A DNA stretch of 47,456 bases from an uncultured Candidatus Saccharibacteria bacterium (GTDB taxonomy: Bacteria; Patescibacteriota; Minisyncoccia; Phycocordibacterales; PALSA-1337). The notes under the pieces were generated by a model. That model was not told where the DNA came from. It searched no databases and saw only the letters and a list, made by a program, of their open reading frames with translations. Shown one piece after another: positions 21,201-28,889 of the stretch. The stretch covers positions 1 through 47,456 of the forward strand of contig CAYPPJ010000007.1 of assembly GCA_964412585.1 (NCBI GenBank), read 5' to 3'. Position numbers and translations under genes: made by a program. The stretch's first letter is position 1. The number at the start of each line of letters is the position of its first letter.

Positions 21201-24200
21201 CGCTACTCCGGTTGTGCCCCCAGCGACGCCTGTGGTGACACCTCCAGTAACTCCACCTGTTACTCCAAATCCAATCGTTCCAAACCAACCTCCTGTCACG
21301 CCGCCAATTTCTCCTACTGTACAAAATACTATTCCACCAGTTCAGGTGACAACGAATACTCCGAACGTGGTAACTCGTACTCCGACAGTAGTGAGGAATG
21401 GTAATGTAAATACCGTAAAAAAGTCACCATACCGTTCGTTAAGCGATGCTGATATTGATACTGCAACGTCGTCTACCCAAGAGACCACATCTACTCCTGA
21501 GACTTCATTCTTTGGACGGATAAAAGAAATATTCCACTACGTTTACTCTCGCATCCTCAATGGTGTCGATCGTATATTTGGCTACGTAGGAACTACTCAA
21601 ACTGCAGCTGTTGCAGATTTCGATTCAAATCTCGTTGCCTACTATTCCTTTGATGATGGCACAGCTACAGACAATTCAGGCCATGGAAATGGGGGGACCA
21701 TCACCGGAGCCACGCCCGTCGCGGGAAAAGTTGGGGGAGCATTATCATTCTCGACGGGAAGTTCAGTATCAATCGGTAAAAAACTTTTTACTTCATATCC
21801 AGCCACTCTGTGCGCGTGGGTCAAAGTGGAATTGAAAGGGAATGGTCAGTCGTCAAAAATTATTGGTAATAGCGGACTTGATCTAGTTGCGCTCGAAAGT
21901 GATGGTCAGGAAAGATTTGTTGTATACAACGGATTAAAAGATATTTTTACACCGTATTCGAGTAGATATTCAGCCGGAGAGTGGCATCATGTGTGTGGTA
22001 TGGCCGATGCGGGGGCCCAGGTGAATATATACGTCGACGGTGTGCTCGCGGTTGGTCCGTCAACTATTGGTATTGCAAGCACATACTGGAATGCGGTTGT
22101 GGGCAGTAATTTTTCAGGAATTATAGATGAGGTGCGCGTTTATAATTCGACGTTGAGCGCAAGTCAAGTTGCTGATGTCTATAATTTTTCTGGCGGCGGA
22201 AGTTCGAGTGGTACAGGAAGTGGTACTGGCACAGGAACTGGAACAGGTACAGGCACGGGAACAGACGCCGGGACTGGTACCGGAACAGGGGCGGGAAATC
22301 CACCGGCTGCCCCTGTAGTTGCAGGATCATGTTCCGCAACACTCAATACATGTATGGTGGGCACGTTCGCGGATGTGGCTGATACATCAACTGAGCAGAA
22401 GTGGTCCTGCGTCGGTTCGGGCGGAGGCACGACTGCATCATGTTCGATTCCGGTACCCGTTGTGATACCTGATCCCGTTATTCCAACGCCAGATCCGCTC
22501 CCAAATCAGCCGATTTCAAGCGAGCTCATCCCATCTGATCGTCTCTATGATTGGGCAAATAACGTAGGGGTCATGGGAGGTATTCCTGTTGGTCGTTCGG
22601 TCTGTGCGAGCGTCAAAGATGCGCCGTACAATGCGGTGGGCGATGGTGTTGCTGATGACACGTTGGCAATCGTTGCAGCCATTCGCGCTTGCGCGGGCAA
22701 AAGTCAGGCGGTCTATTTTCCTGCGGGGACGTACAAGTTTACCGATAAAATAATTGATCAGGGCACGGGTAGAACATCAGCCAACTTTACCTACAGCAAT
22801 ACTACATTCCGCGGAGCGGGAATGGGTAAAACGATATTGAAGCTCAACACAAACAATCCTATTTATGTAGGTAACGGAGATTGGCCACCACCAGAACCAA
22901 CAGTGTATGTAACAGGTGGAGCGATGCGTGGCAGCTACTCACTCACCGTTGATGATGCAAGCAGTATTGCAGTAGGAAAACTCATCACCATCACACAACT
23001 CAATCCGGATTGGGTTCATTCGAATAGTCGATTCTACGGAGGAGGCCCTGTCGACGATGGACACGAGAAGAATCGTCTCATGGCTATTACCGTGCTCGTA
23101 AAAAGTAAGTCGGGCAGCACGATTACTATCGACCATCCATTGCCGATAGACATGCCAAACTCACCGATGATCACGGTGTGGACCAATATCGTGAAGGGAA
23201 CAGGATTTGAGGATATGACACTCGATATGTCATCAAGTGGTGCGCAGTCAGGCATCTTGTTCAATCAAGTATATGGGTGCTGGGTGAAGGGTGTTGAAAT
23301 AAAAAAAGCAGTCAATCGTTTCTTATGGTTTACCACAGTCTCGAATTGTGAAGTGCGCGATTCATATTTCCATGATGCTACCGTTACCAAAAAAGAAGGT
23401 GTGGATTTTTATCAAAATGACACCTTCAATCTGATTGAAAATAATATTTTGGTGCGCGCGGGTGGTCCGATGATTATTCTCGGTGACTTTGGCGGAGGAG
23501 TTTCTATGAATGTAGTCGCCTACAATTATCTTGAGGATCAGGAAGGCTGGAGCGATGTGGTGCCGTATGCACTTTCTGACAACCACGGTGCGCACAATAT
23601 GTTCAATCTGTTTGAAGGTAACGTTGCACAAAATATTTCTTCAGACGGCTACTATGGCGGCGCGTCGCATGAGACATTGTTCCGCAATAGATTTACCAGT
23701 GTCTATGGCAAAGCTCCCAATCGCAATTATGATTATCTGTGGCAGTACGCTATTCACTTGGGTCACTGGGCCGTTAATTACAATGTAGTAGGTAATGTGC
23801 TGGGCTCACCTGGTTATGCGTCGGTGTATCAACCATCAACGCTCAATTATGCAGGCGAGATCAAGGCAATTTACCGTCTGGGTTTTCCAGATTGTTGTAA
23901 CTCGGGCTTTTCAGGTACCGGTTCAAATCCAACAAATAGTTTGACCTTCGATACAAATGTTGAGGCAACATTGATTCGTCATGGAAATTTTGACTACCTG
24001 AGCAACACCACAAAATGGAGTCCGAACATTTCCGTCCGCTCACTGCCAGCATCATTGTATCTGCGCGGTCAGCCATCATGGTGGAATACGTGGGGGGCAA
24101 CAGCATTCCCACCGATAGGTCCTGATGTATCTGGGTATGCGCAAGAGCTCCCAGCTAAGCTACGTTATCGTGCGATACAGCGGGGAAATGACGTTGCACC

Positions 24201-24894
24201 TCCAGTAAATCAGCCAGCCCATCAACCTTTGATATGCAGTACGTTTACCTACTCCGCATGGGGAACATGCACGGCTGGCACGCAATCGCGCTCAGTTCTG
24301 ACCAGTGGTCCTTTTGCATGTACAGGTGGTCAGCCGGTCACTTCGCAAAGTTGTACGGATGTGCCAGTGGTTCCACCGGTCAATGCACGCTGCTCAACAG
24401 TGGTCGACCGATGTTCCACTGGCATCTATACGGACATGAATGATTCAACGTTACTTACCATATGGTCATGTCGTGGTTCCAACGGCGGGGAAAGTGTCTC
24501 ATGTTCATTGCCAAAGGTAGATCCTACAATTGACGTAGCCCCCGCAAACCTTCCCGCACCTCAGGTGATTCAAAAGCCATTGGTAGTGACTCCGCCATTG
24601 TTGGCGCCTGTTGCTGAGAGGATTATTTCTAACATAAGCCAGACGGAGCAAGGTATATCAACACGTCTGAGTTCGTACGGTCAAAATACTGTCCAGGCGC
24701 TCAGGAATAAATCCCCGTATCGACTTATTACTGATAGTGATTTGGCGACATCGTCAGAATCTGACGATGCCTCAGCGCTCAACGTATCGCAATGGAAAGG
24801 GGCGATGACCTTCTCTGAGCGAGTATCCGAGGTTTTGAGCTATATTGTTCAACGTATTTTAAATGGAGTGGCCAAGGTAAAGGGTTATTTCTAG
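15241..24894 (+). CDS. Giant (3217 aa) surface protein of three tandem modules (LamG + right-handed beta-helix, polysaccharide lyase/hydrolase-like + Cys-rich and Pro-rich linkers + amphipathic tail)
   Basis: N-terminal TM; three LamG units; AVYPGTYNE...DPLFVN...PDIGAYEY; DIQTAVNTVADGGVVLVPAGTC; AVGDGVADDTLAI...VYFPAGTY (Pectate_lyase_3-like); InlB-B/Flg_new-like unit YNLTVSKNGTGAGTV...FTGWSGGGCSG. Confidence 0.88.
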   Translation: MKQHHLKTSYVYALAAIVVIGLVVNIPHIIQTPREVLETVATHSSAVHQTAAVADFNSNLVLQYSFDDGAAADLSGRGNTGIVAGGAVSNVGQIGSALVFDGIDDTINAGSAASLDDIGSQGGMTVSFWINPRSNALGYLFAKGSASNNSGTWSILKSSATSPARISFGKEGAADMNANFNSVLVDNVWQHIVLTWDGNMSSGVNLYRNGVAMSGGVTVAGSGANSDAAHNLMIGSLNGTSGFADVSMDDVRVYNRVLTSAEIGELYSLGGSVVSPPSPINGLCGSSVNACSAGTLSDSTDTATENVWSCIGSIGGTTASCSAPILSQATSYNLTVSKNGTGAGTVTGSGISCGTDCSESVGSGTVITLSATASSGSTFTGWSGGGCSGTSSCSVTISSNTAVTATFNTQSVAPDPGQQPSPAGNRVDLLNSSGGVANTFATIQACASVAQSGQTCAVYPGTYNERVNVSNSGTSASPITFRAASATKPVVRAFSLSNKSYITIDGFELTHRAMTHESTLNAYASAYVSGGTGVRITNNFIHDTDGPCTSFENLSFLTISGNTLDHCGVATTIIGVPTGGTFTITAGVNDTVKIRLNNATSYNVTLTSGTRTLQQVCADINSQASGVYCHAEGADKQVHINPITVGPSTSVILENVAHDAYAALGLGVGNETQISHTAAFQSASGAGSTDVLVENNRVSRVSDFLLPKGSRYVYRNNILGPSDIGTAIHIDGVQSNAPENFLLIENNLSTNNSSSDNHFFLTSAYSANWIVRYNRSFQSKGGQAWGCGPCGTMGSFSHYNNTWYDTVSYYFGWNQLGLTASPNSLSRNNIWYRAVRNPGGNPYYSGAGTVLDKDYDVVFESGNAQEVHAITTDPLFVNMSSGDFALQSSSPAIDHGGPLTTTVTAGTNSTSLQVTNAGPFQDGWAGVGHDWIAVGTSGNYSEIGSINYANNTITLRTPLSWSAGAPVYLFKDSTGRQVLYGPAPDIGAYEYGGGALVLPPANPILPSNPPVLPANPVTCTSFTYSAWGTCTSGSQTRNILTSSPSGCTGGVPVTSQSCTVTPIVPPPPVPAINASCSNTLNQCIAGNYTDLPDTSANHEWSCLGSGTGINVSCSLAKTVAPANVTVPVVPNQPPVTSPNRSDLTPSPQPPTAPQRVVQKVIQTTITPNKSPYRSISDADLDSATSTKQSISDSEQPRSRSSFFERVKEMFRYVYSRILNGVDRLFGNAGRTQTAAVADFNSSLVAHYTFDDGTATDSSGKGNNGSFVGSPTAATGIIGGALQFNGSGDGVNAPIPVSSNGMTVSMWVKTTSTSLQTLFTRGGAGSGYAFDYRFGNRLNFEHNGSTDLAARTKSSSTLTPGTWYHVVFTWDGSTSASHVVFYNNGVSLPHDIESDGVALSDTAGFTPVIGSSFNGVIDDVRIYNRALSAQEVTDLYTAGGGSVPASPPAAPAGQNNTPANTSPNNTPANQPANDTPAQNAAPAQANAATCNTSDIQTAVNTVADGGVVLVPAGTCTWTSPVTITNKSIILKGAGIDQTIITENLAVSDSSLHINSALGRPVRVTGFTFEGRNTRDNYASIGISGPPNQPLFRVDHIKFNNVTERGIIANGVYGLIDHNIFIRNPTEGSPTLVSVMGDSDASWNRPQDMGTSNAVFIEDNIFVHNINANGPFDMYRGARYVFRNNNVYGNNLGHHGFDSDLRGEVNFEVYNNCFVNAAPAERTPYVLHPYSDCSVHPLPATTPYAHGVVFEFRSGSGVIFNNTVTRVPTGNNGGYYDYFTLLRNYRSGDGYITNNGGVFPWDGHSPWNGSCNGTNPLDGNLLDLDTNGDGVADKSSGYPCKDQIGRTSGVGADGKQTLSPVYSWNNNFQGAVGGHIVTGGYATFQCPKVGSTFVSKVDKPAPGAPYTWVCKNNASGVDYTLSDLVNYHIKEGRDYFNGVARPGYSPYVYPHPLTVSGFLSDAGGPVITVPVGNAAPSVAVPVTPPTIAPATPVVPPATPVVTPPVTPPVTPNPIVPNQPPVTPPISPTVQNTIPPVQVTTNTPNVVTRTPTVVRNGNVNTVKKSPYRSLSDADIDTATSSTQETTSTPETSFFGRIKEIFHYVYSRILNGVDRIFGYVGTTQTAAVADFDSNLVAYYSFDDGTATDNSGHGNGGTITGATPVAGKVGGALSFSTGSSVSIGKKLFTSYPATLCAWVKVELKGNGQSSKIIGNSGLDLVALESDGQERFVVYNGLKDIFTPYSSRYSAGEWHHVCGMADAGAQVNIYVDGVLAVGPSTIGIASTYWNAVVGSNFSGIIDEVRVYNSTLSASQVADVYNFSGGGSSSGTGSGTGTGTGTGTGTGTDAGTGTGTGAGNPPAAPVVAGSCSATLNTCMVGTFADVADTSTEQKWSCVGSGGGTTASCSIPVPVVIPDPVIPTPDPLPNQPISSELIPSDRLYDWANNVGVMGGIPVGRSVCASVKDAPYNAVGDGVADDTLAIVAAIRACAGKSQAVYFPAGTYKFTDKIIDQGTGRTSANFTYSNTTFRGAGMGKTILKLNTNNPIYVGNGDWPPPEPTVYVTGGAMRGSYSLTVDDASSIAVGKLITITQLNPDWVHSNSRFYGGGPVDDGHEKNRLMAITVLVKSKSGSTITIDHPLPIDMPNSPMITVWTNIVKGTGFEDMTLDMSSSGAQSGILFNQVYGCWVKGVEIKKAVNRFLWFTTVSNCEVRDSYFHDATVTKKEGVDFYQNDTFNLIENNILVRAGGPMIILGDFGGGVSMNVVAYNYLEDQEGWSDVVPYALSDNHGAHNMFNLFEGNVAQNISSDGYYGGASHETLFRNRFTSVYGKAPNRNYDYLWQYAIHLGHWAVNYNVVGNVLGSPGYASVYQPSTLNYAGEIKAIYRLGFPDCCNSGFSGTGSNPTNSLTFDTNVEATLIRHGNFDYLSNTTKWSPNISVRSLPASLYLRGQPSWWNTWGATAFPPIGPDVSGYAQELPAKLRYRAIQRGNDVAPPVNQPAHQPLICSTFTYSAWGTCTAGTQSRSVLTSGPFACTGGQPVTSQSCTDVPVVPPVNARCSTVVDRCSTGIYTDMNDSTLLTIWSCRGSNGGESVSCSLPKVDPTIDVAPANLPAPQVIQKPLVVTPPLLAPVAERIISNISQTEQGISTRLSSYGQNTVQALRNKSPYRLITDSDLATSSESDDASALNVSQWKGAMTFSERVSEVLSYIVQRILNGVAKVKGYF

Positions 24895-24978
24895 GCGTAT
24901 ACTGCCAATTGAAGGCTCATACTATATATGAGATAATGGGATTGTCGTACGTACTATTATTTATCACGTTTTACTCAC

Positions 24979-25998
24979 ATGGACCCCATAGCACCAGCTA
25001 CCCAGACGCCGGCTCCTCAGACACCGGTTTCTACCCCTGTACCTCAGATTAGCCCAGCGGGTTCGTTTGATGGGCCAGTAGCGTTGACCAAGTTCGCATG
25101 GAAGATGTTTACCAAGAACTGGAAGACGTTGGGACTTATTATGCTTGTACCGATAGTATTGTATGTAGCAGGGATGCTCCTTATGATTACAAAATCTTCA
25201 GCAGGCTCAGTTATTGGATTTATACTGATCATCGCTGAGTACGTATTTTTTATCGCAGCGATTCCTGCGTCTATTCAAGCAGTACATCGATTGACTGTTG
25301 AACCGAATACTCCCGTGTCAGTGAAATCTCAGTATAAATTTGGATTTAGTGTATTTTGGTCGTTCATTCTCCTGATGATTATTATGGGTGCGGTGAATAT
25401 GGGATCGTCAGTATTGTTTGTTATTCCGGGGATTGTGGTCATGGTTTATGCTGTGTTTAGTTATTACACGCTGACTATCGATGGTAAGAGAAACTTCGCC
25501 GCACTTACCGAAAGCTTCTCATTGATCCGTGGCCGTTGGTGGAAAGTATTTGGCCGACTCTTGTTCTCGTGTCTTATCGGTCTTGTGGTCTATATCGTTG
25601 CCGTACTCATTGCCCCTGTCCTCTCACTGTTACCTGAAGTGTTGGCGATTATTCTTGGTGTTATTCTCGCGCTGGCCGTTGCAGTGTTTGGTTGGACCTT
25701 TGGCATTGCGTACTTCTATCGCCTTTATGTTTCCCTCAAAGAATCACGTTCTGCAAATGTTCCTACGGGGACATTCAAGGGTTGGCTTATCGCCTTTCTC
25801 TGTATTGGTGTTATTTCACCTCTCATATTGATCCCTATTATGTCAGCGGTTGTTCTCACATCGTTGAACTCAGCCCGTATGAAGGGACTTGAGGCTCAAC
25901 AGAATGCTCAGGGTCGCATGGCCGAAATCCAACGAATGATTGATGCCGAGAACCTAAAGTCAATGCAGCAGGGAACGTCTGTACCAGTTCAACACTAA
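24979..25998 (+). CDS. Multi-pass membrane protein with C-terminal type IV pilin-like helix
   Basis: About 7 hydrophobic segments; SFSLIRGRWWKVFGRLL motif; C-terminal SAVVLTSLNSARMK. Confidence 0.7.
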   Translation: MDPIAPATQTPAPQTPVSTPVPQISPAGSFDGPVALTKFAWKMFTKNWKTLGLIMLVPIVLYVAGMLLMITKSSAGSVIGFILIIAEYVFFIAAIPASIQAVHRLTVEPNTPVSVKSQYKFGFSVFWSFILLMIIMGAVNMGSSVLFVIPGIVVMVYAVFSYYTLTIDGKRNFAALTESFSLIRGRWWKVFGRLLFSCLIGLVVYIVAVLIAPVLSLLPEVLAIILGVILALAVAVFGWTFGIAYFYRLYVSLKESRSANVPTGTFKGWLIAFLCIGVISPLILIPIMSAVVLTSLNSARMKGLEAQQNAQGRMAEIQRMIDAENLKSMQQGTSVPVQH

Positions 25999-26007
25999 TC
26001 ATTACAT

Positions 26008-26859
26008 ATGAAGTTTTTTTCTCACTTCAAGCATTCAGTGTATAGTCCTTCCTTCTATCATGACAGGAAGGTTGCTCCATTGGGACACGCGTTTGGCTAT
26101 TTCTTCATACTGATCTTGTGTACGAGTGTGATCGCGACGATAGTCTTCATGCTCCTCGGTGTGCCGAAGCTGCAAAAGTATACCTCTCCCGAGTTCGTCT
26201 CGCAGGTTGTCAGTTATTTTCCAGCAGAGTTAACAGTTACCTTGAAGGGTGGACAGGCCTCGACGAATGTGAGTGAACCTTACGCTATCCCTATACCAGC
26301 GACGCTCTTTTCTGAATTACAGATGAAACCTGCCGGCTCGCGTGTGGAGAATTTCATTGTCATTGATACGACGCACCCGTTTGTCCTTACTGATTTTGCA
26401 TCCTACAAGACCGCACTATTACTCACCAAGGATTTCATAGTGGTCGAGGATCGAAATGGTAAGATAACAGTCAATCCACTCAAATCGTTCCCTGATGCCG
26501 TCATAGATCAAACTCTGGTGCTCAACTTGATGAACAAGGCAGTACCGTATATCAAGACGTTGATGCCACTCATGATCCCGATCGTGCTTGTTGGTTCATA
26601 CATTGGATACGTCATCGGTTATTTATTCCTTCTCCTGATTTCTTCGTTGATTGTCTGGATCGTCTATATGATTCAAAAGAAGGGGATTAGCTATGGCACC
26701 TGTTACAAACTTGGACTCTATGCGGTGACTCTACCGATCATTATTGACCTCATTCTGTCAGCTACTTCTATTGGTTCGAGTCCGTGGTATGTCACTCTTA
26801 TACTCATACTCATTGTCATGCTCGCTAACATCCGCGATGCGGAACCAGCCCATATATAA
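26008..26859 (+). CDS. DUF1189-like membrane protein
   Basis: F.HSVYSP.FY...GHAFGYFFILIL N-terminus, extracellular middle, three C-terminal TMs with YKLGLYAVTLP. Confidence 0.65.
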   Translation: MKFFSHFKHSVYSPSFYHDRKVAPLGHAFGYFFILILCTSVIATIVFMLLGVPKLQKYTSPEFVSQVVSYFPAELTVTLKGGQASTNVSEPYAIPIPATLFSELQMKPAGSRVENFIVIDTTHPFVLTDFASYKTALLLTKDFIVVEDRNGKITVNPLKSFPDAVIDQTLVLNLMNKAVPYIKTLMPLMIPIVLVGSYIGYVIGYLFLLLISSLIVWIVYMIQKKGISYGTCYKLGLYAVTLPIIIDLILSATSIGSSPWYVTLILILIVMLANIRDAEPAHI

Positions 26860-26861
26860 TC

Positions 26862-27617
26862 ATGTCTTCCTGGTCACAGCGCCGAAAATCAGTCTATGCA
26901 GTTGTCATCTTCATCATTGTGGTGGGTGTGATTGGCGTTCCTGGATTTTATTTATTTTATCAAGCGCCAACATGTACCGATAGGGTCATGAACGGAAATG
27001 AGCAGGGAGTTGATTGTGGCGGTTCATGTCAGCGACTCTGTCAAACATCATTTCTCCAGCCATCATTGGCATGGACGCGTTTTGAACAGGTAGCACCAGG
27101 TCTCTACAATCTTGCGGCTTATATCGTGAACCCAAATATCGAGGCTGAGGCGTTGAATGTACCATATCATCTTGCGCTGTATGATGATCGTGGCGTGTTG
27201 ATTACCGACACTACGGGCCGCGTGACGTTGCCACCCCATCGCAACACCATCGCCTTCCAAGGGGCGGTCAATGTGGGCAAACGTGTTCCTTCCAAGGCAC
27301 TTTTTGAATTTACCGCGGCCCCAGATTGGCACAAAAAGAAAGATGTGCTCGCGGCAATCGCTGTTGGTGACAAAAAATATGCCGAAGACTCTCTCGGCTC
27401 GTCTTTGATCGTCACCCTCAAAAATACGAGCGTGTATCCGATCGTCAATGTGGGCGTCTACACGGTCTTATACGACAAGGACAACAATGCTCTCGGATTT
27501 TCCAAGACATTTGTAGATGAAATACCGCCAAAGGGAAGCGCCCTCGCACCTTTTACATGGCCAGTTGATAGGAAAGGAGCTGTTATCTCCATCGAAGTTC
27601 TCCCGGTCTCTGAATAG
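26862..27617 (+). CDS. Membrane-anchored conserved hypothetical protein with PTC.D...NGNE.GVDCGGSC..C Cys motif and FxLYD-like C-terminal domain
   Basis: N-terminal TM, Cys motif, VYTVLYDKDNNALG segment. Confidence 0.7.
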   Translation: MSSWSQRRKSVYAVVIFIIVVGVIGVPGFYLFYQAPTCTDRVMNGNEQGVDCGGSCQRLCQTSFLQPSLAWTRFEQVAPGLYNLAAYIVNPNIEAEALNVPYHLALYDDRGVLITDTTGRVTLPPHRNTIAFQGAVNVGKRVPSKALFEFTAAPDWHKKKDVLAAIAVGDKKYAEDSLGSSLIVTLKNTSVYPIVNVGVYTVLYDKDNNALGFSKTFVDEIPPKGSALAPFTWPVDRKGAVISIEVLPVSE

Positions 27618-27646
27618 GTGTATACTACCCGCACCTCCACTATTGT

Positions 27647-28810
27647 ATGAATTCATTGCCTCCACAATCGAGTTCTTCATATCGCCTGGGAAGTAATCTC
27701 CGTCGACGCATGGATTGGTGGCTTTTTGGCGCGACAATCCCTATTCTTGCTGCAGGATTGATGACCATGTACTCGTTTACCGGAAATAACACCTTTGCCA
27801 GTCACCAGTTTATTTGGATCATCGTCGCAATCGCACTCTTTTTTACCGTTAGTTTTATTGATGTCCGTTTTTTGCGATCAACATGGGTCTCGGTGCTCGC
27901 GTTTAGTGTATCCGCACTGTTACTGGCGGGCCTGTTTGTGTTCGGTACGGTAACCAATGGTTCGCGCTCATGGTTTGACTTGGGTAGTTTCTCATTTCAA
28001 CCATCTGACTTTGCCAAGCTGGCAATCATGGTTATTTTGGCAAAGTATTTTTCGCGCAGGCATATTGAGATCGCGAATATCAGACACATACTCGTCTCAG
28101 GAACATACGCATTTATTTTGTTTGCACTCGTACTCGGTAGTCCCGATCTTGGTTCGGCCATGATTATATTTTTTATCTGGCTGGGCATGGTCACCGTCTC
28201 AGGCATTTCAAAGAAGCATTTGTTCGCTATGCTCGGCATTGGGCTCGTTGTCTTTGGTTTGCTGTGGGGGTTTGGGTTTAAAGAATATCAAAAAGACCGC
28301 ATCAGAAATTTCATCGATCCCTTGGCGGATATTCACGGTGCGGGGTACAACGCATATCAGTCGACCGTAGCGGTTGGTTCAGGACAATTTTGGGGCAAGG
28401 GATTGGGATATGGCACGCAATCTCGTCTCAAATTCCTTCCGGAGTATCAGACAGACTTTATTTTTGCGGCATTTTCTGAAGAGTGGGGTTTTGCGGGGGT
28501 TGTTATTTTGTTCACGCTGTACGGCATTATCATTTGGCGAATTGTCAAAAACTCGCTCAACGGAGCCACCAATTTCGAGATACTGTTTGGCGCTGGAGTA
28601 GCAGTATTTTTCATCGTACATATTGTGATCAATGTGGGTATGAATATGCACCTATTGCCGGTGACGGGAACGCCGCTGCCGTTCATGAGTTATGGTGGTA
28701 CGCACGTTCTGACAGAATTTCTTGCGCTCGGGGTCGTCGTGGCGATGCGACGCTACTCTCGTCCGGCGCACAAAGATGCAGTGAAAAATGAATTTATCGG
28801 ACCACAGTAG
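27647..28810 (+). CDS. rodA: SEDS peptidoglycan glycosyltransferase RodA
   Basis: GSRSWFDLGSFSFQPSDFAKL, PDLGSA, GYNAYQS..AVGSG..WGKG.G.G.Q, PEYQTDFIF...EEWGF, PVTG.PLPFMSYGG. Confidence 0.92.
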   Translation: MNSLPPQSSSSYRLGSNLRRRMDWWLFGATIPILAAGLMTMYSFTGNNTFASHQFIWIIVAIALFFTVSFIDVRFLRSTWVSVLAFSVSALLLAGLFVFGTVTNGSRSWFDLGSFSFQPSDFAKLAIMVILAKYFSRRHIEIANIRHILVSGTYAFILFALVLGSPDLGSAMIIFFIWLGMVTVSGISKKHLFAMLGIGLVVFGLLWGFGFKEYQKDRIRNFIDPLADIHGAGYNAYQSTVAVGSGQFWGKGLGYGTQSRLKFLPEYQTDFIFAAFSEEWGFAGVVILFTLYGIIIWRIVKNSLNGATNFEILFGAGVAVFFIVHIVINVGMNMHLLPVTGTPLPFMSYGGTHVLTEFLALGVVVAMRRYSRPAHKDAVKNEFIGPQ

Positions 28811-28889
28811 TGTTGGGGGCGGCATCTGAGTGCACACTGCTCCGAACTCTCTTCACAGTCCCGCCGGATTGAATGTAAGTTGGTCGCTT

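Noticed and set aside
22192-22295. GT dipeptide run as a contingency microsatellite
   Set aside because: Codons vary synonymously, so it is a protein linker, not a slippage tract.
3753-24443. Dozens of 60-185 aa alternate-frame and antisense ORFs inside the giant genes
   Set aside because: Expected by-products of low-complexity codon bias; their duplications only mirror the DNA repeats.
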